A stretch of 15,537 bases of DNA from Candidatus Thorarchaeota archaeon (GCA_029858305.1 JAOUFI010000051.1:1-15537); one strand, 5' to 3'; shown: positions 1 through 9,664, counted from the first letter of the stretch. Notes: a model not told the origin generated them from the sequence alone. Translations and numbers: made by a program.

Positions 1-28
1 GGAAGTTTCCTGGAAAAAGGAATATCCC

Positions 29-1027
29 ATGGAGAGTAGGTATAAGGTCGGCGTAGTAGTATCTATCCTGCTATTGCTGACACTCGGCATAACGATTCCC
101 TTGCTTTTCCCCTCATACCCATCATCTGTAGAGTTAACTATGCTTGGTCAGATTGGAACAGGCGGCGAGACTTGGGATGTGGAGGTTGTGGAAGATATTG
201 CATATGTCCTTGACTCAAATGATGGTCTTGTCCTCATCAACGTCAGTGATCCAGCGAATCCTGTACGTCTATCCTCCTATGATGGTGGTGGCGGACCGAT
301 GGCTCTTGATGTTGTGGAAGAATACGTGTTTGTGGCGGATCAATTTGATGGACTAGAGATTGTAGATGTCAGTGATTCAACCAACCCAATTGAGATAGGC
401 AGTTATCCTGGAAGTGAGGCAGCCTACGATGTACAGGTGATTGGTGACCTTGCCTATCTCGCAGACTGGAATGATGGTTTCGTCATCCTGAATGTCAGTG
501 ACCCGACAAATCCGACGTATCTAGCAAGGTATCAGACTACAGGCTCCTGTATCTTTGGTCGTGTAGTTGGCCAACTTGCATACATCATTGACCACCAAAG
601 CTATAGCTCGGGCCTGAGAATTCTCAATATCAGTGATCCACTCCATCCAAATCAAGTAGGCACTCATATGCCAAGTGGAGTGATACTCTGGAATCCAGTA
701 GTGGTTGGAGACTATCTCTATTGCGGAAATCATGGAGATGGTGGTGGAGAACTCAGAATAATCGATGTGAGTAATCCATCAAATATTACCCAGATAGGCA
801 CCTTTGTTAATTGTGGAACTGTATTCGCAATTTGGATTGTAGGGAATATGGCCTATCTAGCAGACTACCAACAGGGAGTGATAATAGTAGACATCAGTGA
901 TCCCTCAAGTCCCACAATTGATGGCAGGTACTCCAATGGAGGCCATGCTAGTAACATCGCCATTGCTGATAGTATCGTATATCTTGCTTCGCGTGCGGAT
1001 GGACTGAGAATCTTTCAGATTGCATAA
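29..1027 (+). CDS. Membrane-anchored LVIVD-repeat beta-propeller protein (about 7 blades)
   Basis: N-terminal hydrophobic helix (VGVVVSILLLLTLGITIPLLF) followed by seven ~43-aa repeats of the type V.gd.aYlad...Gl.i.dvsdP.nP..ig.y. Several N-x-S/T sequons (NVS, NIS, NIT). Confidence 0.9.
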   Translation: MESRYKVGVVVSILLLLTLGITIPLLFPSYPSSVELTMLGQIGTGGETWDVEVVEDIAYVLDSNDGLVLINVSDPANPVRLSSYDGGGGPMALDVVEEYVFVADQFDGLEIVDVSDSTNPIEIGSYPGSEAAYDVQVIGDLAYLADWNDGFVILNVSDPTNPTYLARYQTTGSCIFGRVVGQLAYIIDHQSYSSGLRILNISDPLHPNQVGTHMPSGVILWNPVVVGDYLYCGNHGDGGGELRIIDVSNPSNITQIGTFVNCGTVFAIWIVGNMAYLADYQQGVIIVDISDPSSPTIDGRYSNGGHASNIAIADSIVYLASRADGLRIFQIA

Positions 1028-1029
1028 AT

Positions 1030-1244
1030 ATCGCCGCTAATTCCCTCGAGTGTCTTACGTGCCACCAAGAGAACCCTTTCTCTTTTCCCCTGTATTCGTA
1101 TAGATTTTATACACATTCAGGACACTTTCGATGGTTCTCCTCCGGGACTGAATTTCAGATAACGTGATGCAGATTGGATATGTCTTTCCTCATCATAGTA
1201 TTAGCTTCATCGAGTGTCTGTTGTATTATCTTTTCCAAACTCAT
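1030..1244 (-). pseudogene. Possible decayed small gene with a CxxC motif
   Basis: From ATG at 1244 the frame reads MSLEKIIQQTLDEANTMMRKDISNLHHVI*NSVPEENHRKCPECV*NLYEYRGKEKGFSWWHVRH, with stops at 1155-1157 and 1107-1109. It fills an otherwise empty 370-bp gap between convergent genes. Confidence 0.25.
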
Positions 1245-1399
1245 TGCAGTCCGCCGCACGTACCTTGATACGTCCTACTCATGAACAATTGGATACAACC
1301 AAGGGGATTGGAATCACCCAACTACAAATTGCTCAAAATGTCATTCACACACTATCCAAATTGACATAGTTCTGGGAATCTATTGAGATGCTTGCCAGT

Positions 1400-2593
1400 T
1401 CATTTAGAAAATGCTTCATATGAGAGACTTCGAATATTGTCAAAAAATGGAGTCTGTCTTTGCTCTACTGAAACCGCAGCGTACAAATACATCCCAGCGG
1501 ACCATGTCTGCCAGTCTTGTCCTCTCGGTGTGCCATCTTGAGCCCGAAACCATTCATTGAAACCAAAATCGACATTAGCTTCACGTGAAGGGCGAACCAG
1601 TTCGGTTAGTGCGAGCAGTTTCTTTTCAGCCAATGAAGTCCTGCCTGCTGCCACAATCGCAGCTATGTAAAAACCACAAATGAAAGGCCAGATTCCTCCG
1701 TTGTGATATTCACCTGGATGATTGAATCTAGCGTATCTGGGATGCCACTCTCGATCCTCTGGATGAACGTAGGGGAAGAAATTGGGAGGGAGGTCAAGTG
1801 CCAGCTGACCTTGTTCACACATTGTCTGACATTCACGCTCGATCCATGAAACTATTCTTTTTGCTCTCGACGGCGAAGCGAGACCTGAGAGGATAGCTAG
1901 GCTGTTGCCCAAGAGGTCAAAATGCTCGTCACTGAGGACTTTATACACCCAGGCAGCATAATATGGTCTTTGACGGGGTGCCTGTCCTTTTTGGTTGTGT
2001 CTGGGTTGAACTTCGCCACTAATTCTGTACTTGTTCAACTCATGCCGAATCCTGGAAGCTTTCTTGGTCTGATTGTGAAGGAGAAGATAGCTGTAGACGA
2101 TTGTATTCACAAAAAGACCGTACCCCAATATCCAATACTCATCTCGCCAATCACTGGTTGGCAATTGGGCCACCATCACTTCATTTGCTGGACTCTGGTA
2201 TTCCATCCATGTAAGCGCTTTCTTCACTGAATCATCAAGAAAGTTGGCTTCCCCGGTTGCTTTTCTGTAGAGACCGACGGCCAAGAGAAAGAGCGGAGTC
2301 GAATCGCTTGAGTTGAGTTCGTTTGGATTATGAACAAGTACTGGAATTTGCCCCAGACGACTTTGATTTCTTGCCAGCGTTTGGAGTACACGTCGCAGAA
2401 CTTCTGTTAACTTCTGATTCTCGCAGGCCAGTATTCCTAGCCCAGAGATTAATAAATCACGAGTGTAAGGCTCCGGGTACCCCCATCCAGCGGCTCTAGG
2501 CAATGAATGATACGGACCTCGAGCATTGTGCAGCAAGACCTCTATAGCGGCGTTCTTAGCCTCTCTGATACTAGCCCATTGCTGTGCGTTCAA
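1400..2593 (-). CDS. GH100-like (alkaline/neutral invertase-related) (alpha/alpha)6 glycoside hydrolase
   Basis: Motifs YTRD, FDLLGNSLAILSGLA, YHNGGIWPF, FNEW and QTWSAGMYL match the GH100/amylo-alpha-1,6-glucosidase-like barrel. TTG start lies 1 nt after the GT4 stop. Confidence 0.8.
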   Translation of the reverse strand: MNAQQWASIREAKNAAIEVLLHNARGPYHSLPRAAGWGYPEPYTRDLLISGLGILACENQKLTEVLRRVLQTLARNQSRLGQIPVLVHNPNELNSSDSTPLFLLAVGLYRKATGEANFLDDSVKKALTWMEYQSPANEVMVAQLPTSDWRDEYWILGYGLFVNTIVYSYLLLHNQTKKASRIRHELNKYRISGEVQPRHNQKGQAPRQRPYYAAWVYKVLSDEHFDLLGNSLAILSGLASPSRAKRIVSWIERECQTMCEQGQLALDLPPNFFPYVHPEDREWHPRYARFNHPGEYHNGGIWPFICGFYIAAIVAAGRTSLAEKKLLALTELVRPSREANVDFGFNEWFRAQDGTPRGQDWQTWSAGMYLYAAVSVEQRQTPFFDNIRSLSYEAFSK

Positions 2594-2594
2594 C

Positions 2595-3737
2595 TCATTT
2601 GACTCCTAGTTTCTCGGAGATGAGTTGAACAAACTTCTTTGCCACAACTCGGTAGTCGTAGTTCTCTACCACTCTTTTCCTTCCCGCTTCACCCATTCGG
2701 CGTCGTAATTTCTCATCTTGCATAAGAGTCAACAGGTGACCAGCTAGATCATGAACGCTAGCTCTATAATCGACTGTACTTGGATTCTGAAAGACTATTC
2801 TGTGCCCGGTTTCCCAGCCAGACTCTTCTCCAACAGTTGCTTCTTTCATGACTATCTCAGTGGCCACATCAGCCAAGAAAGCTGTTTCACCATGGACCAG
2901 TGTGTCAAGCAGAGCCATAGCTTTGATGGATATTACCGGTTTGCCGCAGGCTCCGGCCTCAACTTGCGGCATCCCAAATCCCTCTAGTCGTGAGGGAGCC
3001 GTGTAAATGTCACACGCATTCAAAAGGTACGGCATGAAATTCCGCGAGACTATGTTAGTAGTGTAGACCATTTTGTCATTTATACCGAGGGAGGTCGCTA
3101 GTTGAAGGTCCATGAGGTTCTGCTGCAAGGTTCTGGGTTGTGGCCAGACCTTGCACACGTATTTCCATTTCGGAGCTTTGCTATCAATAATCGCTAGAGC
3201 CTGCATCACTTCTTGTGCGCCTTTGGATGCAGCATCTCCGCCTACGGTGAGGAGCATAATATCTTCAGGCTTTACTCCCAATGCTTGACGGACACAGGCC
3301 ACTTTCTGTTCACTCTTGTCACGTGGCACGAAGGAGTCAGTGTCCACACCAACCGGCAAGACCTCGATATTATCTTCCTGTAGACCGTCGCGTTTGTAGA
3401 CGCTCTTCACCCAATTTGATGTGACTAGAATGAGAGGAAGCTTGTTAAGAATCTCTTGATAATTCGCTATATAGCCATCAGCTACCAGCCATGGCACAGT
3501 TAGTATCCCATGCCGCTGAGGATGGAGAACCAGATCAGGTGTATTTCCCCAGTAGCCTACTCCTACAACTACATCTGGTTTGAACCAGTGGTAGTACCAT
3601 TCTTTTTCCTGTGCAGAAGTATAATGGACCGCTTGAGCGTCAATTCCTAATTCCTTTAGTCCTCTGTAGAGTAGGTCACCTTGGGTCGCCAGTCCTCCAG
3701 GGGGAGGTGGATAATCATATAGAACCAGTACTCTCAT
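2595..3737 (-). CDS. Glycosyltransferase family 4 (GT-B)
   Basis: N-terminal PPPGG loop, GVDTDSF, and the EX7E motif PSRLEGFGMPQVEAGACGKPVI. Start overlaps the upstream stop (ATGA). Confidence 0.92.
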   Translation of the reverse strand: MRVLVLYDYPPPPGGLATQGDLLYRGLKELGIDAQAVHYTSAQEKEWYYHWFKPDVVVGVGYWGNTPDLVLHPQRHGILTVPWLVADGYIANYQEILNKLPLILVTSNWVKSVYKRDGLQEDNIEVLPVGVDTDSFVPRDKSEQKVACVRQALGVKPEDIMLLTVGGDAASKGAQEVMQALAIIDSKAPKWKYVCKVWPQPRTLQQNLMDLQLATSLGINDKMVYTTNIVSRNFMPYLLNACDIYTAPSRLEGFGMPQVEAGACGKPVISIKAMALLDTLVHGETAFLADVATEIVMKEATVGEESGWETGHRIVFQNPSTVDYRASVHDLAGHLLTLMQDEKLRRRMGEAGRKRVVENYDYRVVAKKFVQLISEKLGVK

Positions 3738-4387
3738 CGCTTTTTCCTCTCAGACTCCAGCCATTCTCGGAATTTAGCAGGCGATTTGAAACACCAGAAC
3801 GCTTCTTCTCTCGCAACAATATTAGCTTCGTAGCTTCCAGGAGTAAAGCCATATGTGTCAGTAATGATGAAGTATTTCCTTCGCCATATATCCTCAGGCA
3901 AGTATGATATCAGATGTGCACTCTTAATTGCTTTGGGGGGATCATCCATACCGCCCTTTCCACCATCCTCATAGGCGAACATCCAGACCTCTCTTGTTTT
4001 AATCACGCCATTTTCCCAAAGCGATGCGACTGCTGTTCCAGTTTCTTCATGGCGTCGATGCCTTGTGTATTCTCCATTTGGACTATGGGTTAGGATAATA
4101 TCAAAATACAGTTGGGGCAATAAGGACAGCACCGTTTGTTGCACATCATCTTCTGATAGAGGCAATTGCTCCGGTCCATCATCAATGTCACCAATCTCAC
4201 TGACTCCACCAAGTTGCTGGACAGCTCGGATGAATTTTGGCGCTCGATCTCTGTCACTTCCACGGCATAGCGATGCAATCGTCCAATGCCAGTCCGAGTG
4301 CTTGAGCACAGTCCCGCCAGCCCAGATTGTTTCATCATCAGGATGTGCAACTATCAAAGCAGCTGTGACATGTGTGCTCTTTTTCAT
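3734..4387 (-). CDS. PIG-L/LmbE family N-acetyl-sugar deacetylase
   Basis: AHPDDE zinc motif, and ILTH...GEYTRHRRHEE as a variant of the HxDH motif. Confidence 0.88.
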   Translation of the reverse strand: MKKSTHVTAALIVAHPDDETIWAGGTVLKHSDWHWTIASLCRGSDRDRAPKFIRAVQQLGGVSEIGDIDDGPEQLPLSEDDVQQTVLSLLPQLYFDIILTHSPNGEYTRHRRHEETGTAVASLWENGVIKTREVWMFAYEDGGKGGMDDPPKAIKSAHLISYLPEDIWRRKYFIITDTYGFTPGSYEANIVAREEAFWCFKSPAKFREWLESERKKR

Positions 4388-4409
4388 ACATACCAGCAGT
4401 GGTGCGAAG

Positions 4410-4416
4410 TATAAAA
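4410..4416 (-). promoter_or_regulatory. Candidate archaeal TATA box for the PIG-L/GT4/GH100 operon (leaderless transcript)
   Basis: TTTTATA on the minus strand 23-29 nt upstream of the ATG at 4387, with no Shine-Dalgarno visible. Confidence 0.45.
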
Positions 4417-4543
4417 GATGTAGCTCTGTCGTTTCTGTAATGAGGTCTGACCAGCGGAACCGGACTTTCCTAGCAATGAAAAAAAGCTATGACCATCATC
4501 TTATTAACTCCCAATGATAGGGCACCGATTAGAGGTTGACTGA

Positions 4544-4933
4544 ATGAAGATTCAACATTGGATAGATGAAGATGTAGTAACTTCCTCGGGGGACATATCC
4601 ATCAGAGAAGCAATCGGTCTCCTTTACAATAGGCACATTGGTTCAATCATTATTATTGACAAAGATAAGAAGTGCAAGGGTATTTTTACCGAACGTGATG
4701 CAATCCGCGTCATAGCTAATGATATTCCATTGAACAGGCCTCTCACTGAGGTCATGACGACCAATCTAAGGACAGTAGATGAGCATGTTACATTCTCGAT
4801 GGCAAAAGAAATCATGAGAGAACATAATATTAGACATCTGCCTGTCGTCGATAAGCAAGGACGACTCATTGGTCTTCTTAGTCTCAGAAAAATCCTAGAT
4901 GAAGTACATGAGATGCATAAAATCAAGCGTTAG
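4544..4933 (+). CDS. Stand-alone CBS-pair (Bateman domain) protein
   Basis: IGSIIIID..GIFTERD, VMT, and IRHLPVVD..GRLIGLLSLR. SD-like GAGGT upstream. Confidence 0.92.
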   Translation: MKIQHWIDEDVVTSSGDISIREAIGLLYNRHIGSIIIIDKDKKCKGIFTERDAIRVIANDIPLNRPLTEVMTTNLRTVDEHVTFSMAKEIMREHNIRHLPVVDKQGRLIGLLSLRKILDEVHEMHKIKR

Positions 4934-4963
4934 GAGTCATTAATAAAACCAGGAGATATAGCC

Positions 4964-5854
4964 ATGAAGCGCTTCGACAATAATCCTATTCTTCACCCAA
5001 TACCAGGCCATTATTGGGAGAATCGAAATGTGTTCAATGCAGCAGTCCTCAACGCTGGAAACAGAGTCCACATTCTCTACCGTGCTCAAGGCGATGATGG
5101 AGTATCACGCATTGGGTACGCTAGTTCATCGGATGGCTATTCAATCGATTCTCGGCAACCTGAACCAGCATTTATTCCAGAGAATTCTTGCGAGAACCTT
5201 GGTTGCGAAGATCCACGAATAACACAAATGAATGGAAATTGCTTGATGACCTACACAGCTTATGGAAATAATCCAAGAACAGCCTACCAAGTATCAATCA
5301 CCGAGATCTCGTTGGAAAACTTTCTTTCACACAAATGGCACTGGGGAGAGAGACTATTGCCTTTTGAGGGCATCCTAAACAAGAATGCTGTAATATGCCC
5401 TCGGAAGATAAATGGTTCATATGTGATGTATCACCGCATAGAACCAGATCTCTGTGTTGCGTATTCTGATGATCTTAAGCGTTGGTGTCAAATAAAGGCA
5501 GTAATGCATCCCAGATCGGGTTATTGGGATAGCCTCAAAGTTGGATCAGCAGGACCCCCAATCGAGATTAATGAGGGGTGGCTTTTCATCTATCATGGGG
5601 TGGATAATGAATATGTCTATCGTCTTGGTAGTCTTCTGATTGACAAGAAAAATCCTGAGAACATTCTCTATAGATCTGAAAAGCCGATATTAGAGCCCCA
5701 AGAGCCTTACGAGAAATTTGGTCTAGTACCAAATGTCGTATTCAGTTGTGGCAGTACTTTTTTGGATGACAAGCTTCTGATTTATTATGGAGGCGCAGAC
5801 TCTGTAGTGTGTGGCGCAGAGTTTGAACTAGGTGAACTTCTACCGAGGGCATAG
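4964..5854 (+). CDS. GH130 family beta-mannoside phosphorylase/glycosidase
   Basis: NPIL, VFNAA, YRA, EDPR, KN, YHG, PNVVFSCG and YYGGAD motifs. SD AGGAG upstream. Confidence 0.9.
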   Translation: MKRFDNNPILHPIPGHYWENRNVFNAAVLNAGNRVHILYRAQGDDGVSRIGYASSSDGYSIDSRQPEPAFIPENSCENLGCEDPRITQMNGNCLMTYTAYGNNPRTAYQVSITEISLENFLSHKWHWGERLLPFEGILNKNAVICPRKINGSYVMYHRIEPDLCVAYSDDLKRWCQIKAVMHPRSGYWDSLKVGSAGPPIEINEGWLFIYHGVDNEYVYRLGSLLIDKKNPENILYRSEKPILEPQEPYEKFGLVPNVVFSCGSTFLDDKLLIYYGGADSVVCGAEFELGELLPRA

Positions 5855-5859
5855 AAAAC

Positions 5860-6924
5860 TCATCTGAGTGGACTTTGAGACTCATGCTTGGTAAGTACCT
5901 CCATCTCAAGACGTGCCATGAGATAAGAAAGACCAGCCTCAGCTCCCTGATTTCGATTTAGACCACGAGCAGATATCCCATCATAAGCGCCGCCAGTAAC
6001 AGGATTATAGACCATTACGCCTTTAGAGTTCTTCCCAAAAAACCAACCAAATGCAGTCCATGCCATCTCGTAGTATTCTCTCTTTCCTGTCACCTGGAAG
6101 GCAATGGATGCAGCTTCTACCATACATGATGCTTCCAGTGGCTGCTGGTCATAGAGTGCTTTCTTGCCGCCTTTTTTGTACCAACCACGATTACCTACTG
6201 GCTGATAACTACCCTTGACGATGTCGTTTGCTGCAAGAAACTTGAGTGTCTTCTCCGCAATGCGAAGATAGTCCTTTCTTCCAGTTATTTGATACGCTCT
6301 GAAAAGAGCATGAGGAAGACGCGGGTTTGCGTAAGTAATATGCGATTCAAACCATTGCCATGTAGGAGAAGATGTCTGTCTATAAAGTTCACAGAGCTGT
6401 TCGGCAAGGTGAATTATATTCAGTAGAGGATTCTTGTCTTCGGGGAAGGCATTTGCATAATGGTAGAGACCTAGGATGGTGAACGCTTGAGCCCGAGGTG
6501 AACTTATATTCAATGCCCAAGTAAGACTCTTGTCAAAGATTTCCTGTGCGGCCATTCTAGTATCCTCAGGAATTGAAGTTTCTTGAGCATAGCCGCAGGC
6601 CCAGAGTACACGTCCAAGTGAGTCGTCTGAGCCTATATCATCAAGAAAGCTACGGTCGTATCCAATGTAGTTATGAAGTCGTCCATCTTTTCTCTGAACA
6701 TACAGGAGAAAACTGAGGTATGTTCTAGAAAGCCCTACGTTTTTTTCTCCGTCCATTAGTTCATGGTATCTGAGAGTAGCTAGAAGTGCCCGGGCATTAT
6801 CATCTGTAGCGTATCCTTCTCTCCGATCAACTATCGATGACTTTGCGTGCTGAAGAATACCCGTGTCGTCGGTCATATTATACAGCCAAAGGCAATTAAC
6901 TGAAGGTAGCTCGATGGGGATCAC
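5860..6924 (-). CDS. Six-hairpin (alpha/alpha)6 domain protein, normally the C-terminal half of long GT4 fusion proteins
   Basis: TDDTGILQHA, GYATDDNARAL, WFE..ITYAN.RLPHAL, DQQPLEA, WFFGKN and NQGAE motifs. GTG start with AGGA upstream. Confidence 0.82.
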   Translation of the reverse strand: MIPIELPSVNCLWLYNMTDDTGILQHAKSSIVDRREGYATDDNARALLATLRYHELMDGEKNVGLSRTYLSFLLYVQRKDGRLHNYIGYDRSFLDDIGSDDSLGRVLWACGYAQETSIPEDTRMAAQEIFDKSLTWALNISSPRAQAFTILGLYHYANAFPEDKNPLLNIIHLAEQLCELYRQTSSPTWQWFESHITYANPRLPHALFRAYQITGRKDYLRIAEKTLKFLAANDIVKGSYQPVGNRGWYKKGGKKALYDQQPLEASCMVEAASIAFQVTGKREYYEMAWTAFGWFFGKNSKGVMVYNPVTGGAYDGISARGLNRNQGAEAGLSYLMARLEMEVLTKHESQSPLR

Positions 6925-6932
6925 TATCCTGC

Positions 6933-8096
6933 CTACTGCGTTAATTCTTTGAACAGGTCAGCATATTTCGAGGCCACGCGAGGCCATGTCATACTTTGGC
7001 CATGTTCGTATGCAAGTTTCTCAATGTGAGCTTTCTTTTGAGGATTGTCCAAGAGTTGCCTGATGCCATCGGAAATGGATTTAGGACTGCTAAACTTACA
7101 AAGGATACCTCTGTCTTCAGCTAAAAGCTCTTCGGCATAATAGAAAGGAGTGGATATGATAGGCTTTCCAGCCCCCAATGCATAAGTGACTGTTCCGCTT
7201 GAGAGCTGTTCCTTTTTGATGTAGGGACAAATGTACACATCTGTGGCTTGTAGGTACTTTATCAATTCATCCTTGCTAAGGAAACGATTATGGAATCGTA
7301 CATTTTCTTTTAGACTTAGCCTATTTACCAATCGCATAAGGCGCTTCCTGTATTTCTCGCCCTCGCCCATCCTGACCTGTGGATGAGTGACTCCGATTAT
7401 CAAGTAGAGTAAATCAGGATGCTCCTTTACAATCTCCGGTAATGCTTTGATTGCATGTTGAATTCCCTTGTCTTGACTTAGGAGACCGAAGGTTGACAGA
7501 ACAGTCCGCCCTTCCAAGCCCAGCTCCTTCTTTGCTGGTGTACTTGGTACAAATGGGAAGCTAGGGGTTCCGTGCGGGATGACATTGATTTCATCCTTGT
7601 TAATACCATAGTACTCATGTAGGATGTGAGCTGCCATATTCGTCATAACCACAATGGCAGAACTAGCTCGCGCTATTCCATTCACTACTCTATTGTGGGC
7701 GTCTGCGCTCTCTGATGTTTGGAATATCTTAGCATCAGGAAAAAGAGTTGTATGCATTGTAGTAACAATAGGTTTGTTCAGTTTTTCCAAGAATGTTAAT
7801 AGATATTCACCCCACGTCCCCCCGAAAAGTCCAAACTCGTGTTGTACATTTACTAAATTAAGATCTGAGCTATTAATGTAGTCGGCAGCCTTTTCATAAC
7901 TTGCTATTTCGTCCTCATCAATTTGCCATACTACTTCTTTTCCGTAGTTATAAGATGAACCAGGGTCATTGATAGCCATGATAGCCGAGGGTTCTATCAC
8001 TTTGAGGTTGTCTATACTCTTGCTCAAGTCTGCCGTGAAGGTGGCTATTCCACACTGTCTGGGGGAATAACTACTCAAGTATGCCACTCTTAACAT
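6933..8096 (-). CDS. Glycosyltransferase family 4 (putative mannosyltransferase-type)
   Basis: SYSPRQCGIATF, QHEFGLFGG, IPHG, TFGLLSQDKG, and SSGTVTYALGAGKPIISTP. Confidence 0.92.
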   Translation of the reverse strand: MLRVAYLSSYSPRQCGIATFTADLSKSIDNLKVIEPSAIMAINDPGSSYNYGKEVVWQIDEDEIASYEKAADYINSSDLNLVNVQHEFGLFGGTWGEYLLTFLEKLNKPIVTTMHTTLFPDAKIFQTSESADAHNRVVNGIARASSAIVVMTNMAAHILHEYYGINKDEINVIPHGTPSFPFVPSTPAKKELGLEGRTVLSTFGLLSQDKGIQHAIKALPEIVKEHPDLLYLIIGVTHPQVRMGEGEKYRKRLMRLVNRLSLKENVRFHNRFLSKDELIKYLQATDVYICPYIKKEQLSSGTVTYALGAGKPIISTPFYYAEELLAEDRGILCKFSSPKSISDGIRQLLDNPQKKAHIEKLAYEHGQSMTWPRVASKYADLFKELTQ

Positions 8097-8251
8097 AAAT
8101 CAATCACATCATTAGCAGAAACAAGGATTATCTATTTGAATTAGACGATGTGTAAACCTAGATAAGTGTGTGAACCAGCGATAGGAACGAGCAGTTCTTT
8201 TCACAAGGATAATGTTATCACATCAGTCTGAGTTCGGTTGTGGATGCCAGC

Positions 8252-9610
8252 TCAAACGAGTTTCTTTGCACGCTCAATGAGCTTAACACCCTCCTCACTA
8301 AGGCGATCAGCAGTTTCTTGTGTTTTCCCCTCAGCAAAACAACGATAGAGAGGCTCAGTACCCGAGGGTCTGATGAGAATCCAGCCATCATCACGAATTA
8401 TTTTGATACCGTCAATTGTGATACGATTCATGTTCTTGCTTATGTCAAGAAGCGCTGTTAAGATGGATTCTTTCTTATCTTGAGGAACTGGCACCTTCAC
8501 TTTTGTATTGAAATATGTAGGAAGCTCACTTACAAGCTGGGAGAGCGTCTTGCCTTCTAACGCAATCATTTCTACAATTTGGGAAGCAGTCATTGCACCA
8601 TCACGAACAGGCTGATGATCCGGATAGAAGACCCCTCCATTTTCTTCACCACCTAATTCCGCACCAATCTCGTCAATTCTGTGCGAGACAACAACACTTC
8701 CAACTTCAGTCCAGTCTATCTTAGCGCCTGCCTTTTGGGCGACATCTTCTATAAGACGACCACTTGAAATAGGTGTGACTAGAGTTGAACCACGTTTCTT
8801 AGCTAAAACTCTCGAGGCAATCAATGCAAAGGATTGGTCTCCCCAAAGAACCCTCCCTGTTTCATCAACAAAGGTTGCTCTGTCTGCATCGCCATCGTGT
8901 GCAATCCCTAAATCAGCTCCCATAGCAACCACCGCTCTCGAGAGGTCTGTTAAATTCTCAGGAATTGGCTCAGGATTTCTACCAGGAAAAGAACCATCTA
9001 ACTGAGCGTTGAGTGAAACAACCTTGCATCCAAGTTCTCGTAAGAGCCGCGGAGTCACAACGCTACCTACACTATTGGCACCATCAATAACCACTTTCAG
9101 TTTCTTCTCCCTAATCTTATCGCCATTAACAAGCGATTTGATTCCTTTAGTATATTCATCAACTGCAGTGGTATAATGTGTGATTTCTCCAATTTCGTTC
9201 CAATTTACAGTTTTGAACTCGTGGGAGTGGTAGACATTCTCAAGCTGAACTTCGGTTTCTCGCGTTATTTCAATTCCATTAGAGCCAATAACCTTAATCC
9301 CATTGAATTGAGGGGGGTTATGCGAGGCTGTAACCATGACTCCAGCGTTACAGCCTAATCTGGGCGTCATATACTGTAGAGTAGGAGTTGGTACAGAACC
9401 AAGATTGACAACCGAGCAGCCTGTTGAGGCCAGCCCAGACATCGATGCATAAGTAAACATTTCACCGCCCATTCGTGAGTCCCGCGCGATGGCAGTTTTG
9501 CCAGGTCCTAACACAGTACCTATTGCGCGACTCAGGTTGAGGACTAATTCAACGGTCAGTTCCTTGTTGATTATGCCTCGGACACCATTTGTACCAAACA
9601 TTCCAGTCAA
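8252..9610 (-). CDS. glmM: Phosphohexomutase (archaeal phosphoglucosamine mutase / phosphomannomutase)
   Basis: FGTNGVRG, catalytic TASHNP, metal loop DGDADR, GEENGG and RPSGTEP. The start may be the ATG at 9601. GlmM versus PMM/PGM specificity cannot be resolved from sequence. Confidence 0.9.
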   Translation of the reverse strand: MTGMFGTNGVRGIINKELTVELVLNLSRAIGTVLGPGKTAIARDSRMGGEMFTYASMSGLASTGCSVVNLGSVPTPTLQYMTPRLGCNAGVMVTASHNPPQFNGIKVIGSNGIEITRETEVQLENVYHSHEFKTVNWNEIGEITHYTTAVDEYTKGIKSLVNGDKIREKKLKVVIDGANSVGSVVTPRLLRELGCKVVSLNAQLDGSFPGRNPEPIPENLTDLSRAVVAMGADLGIAHDGDADRATFVDETGRVLWGDQSFALIASRVLAKKRGSTLVTPISSGRLIEDVAQKAGAKIDWTEVGSVVVSHRIDEIGAELGGEENGGVFYPDHQPVRDGAMTASQIVEMIALEGKTLSQLVSELPTYFNTKVKVPVPQDKKESILTALLDISKNMNRITIDGIKIIRDDGWILIRPSGTEPLYRCFAEGKTQETADRLSEEGVKLIERAKKLV

Positions 9611-9642
9611 AATTATATCACTAATACTATTGGGAGCTTATG

Positions 9643-9664
9643 TTATCTTAAGACTTATCTTAAG
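9643..9664. promoter_or_regulatory. Tandem TTATCTTAAG x2 in the mutase promoter region
   Basis: Exact 10-bp direct repeats at 9643-9652 and 9655-9664, each containing the palindrome CTTAAG, 33-54 nt upstream of the gene. Confidence 0.45.

Noticed and set aside
4416-4425. AGATGTAGCT, identical to 10501-10510 of R1
   Set aside because: Isolated 10-mer without the RCC/GGCAAGAGAA core, compatible with chance.
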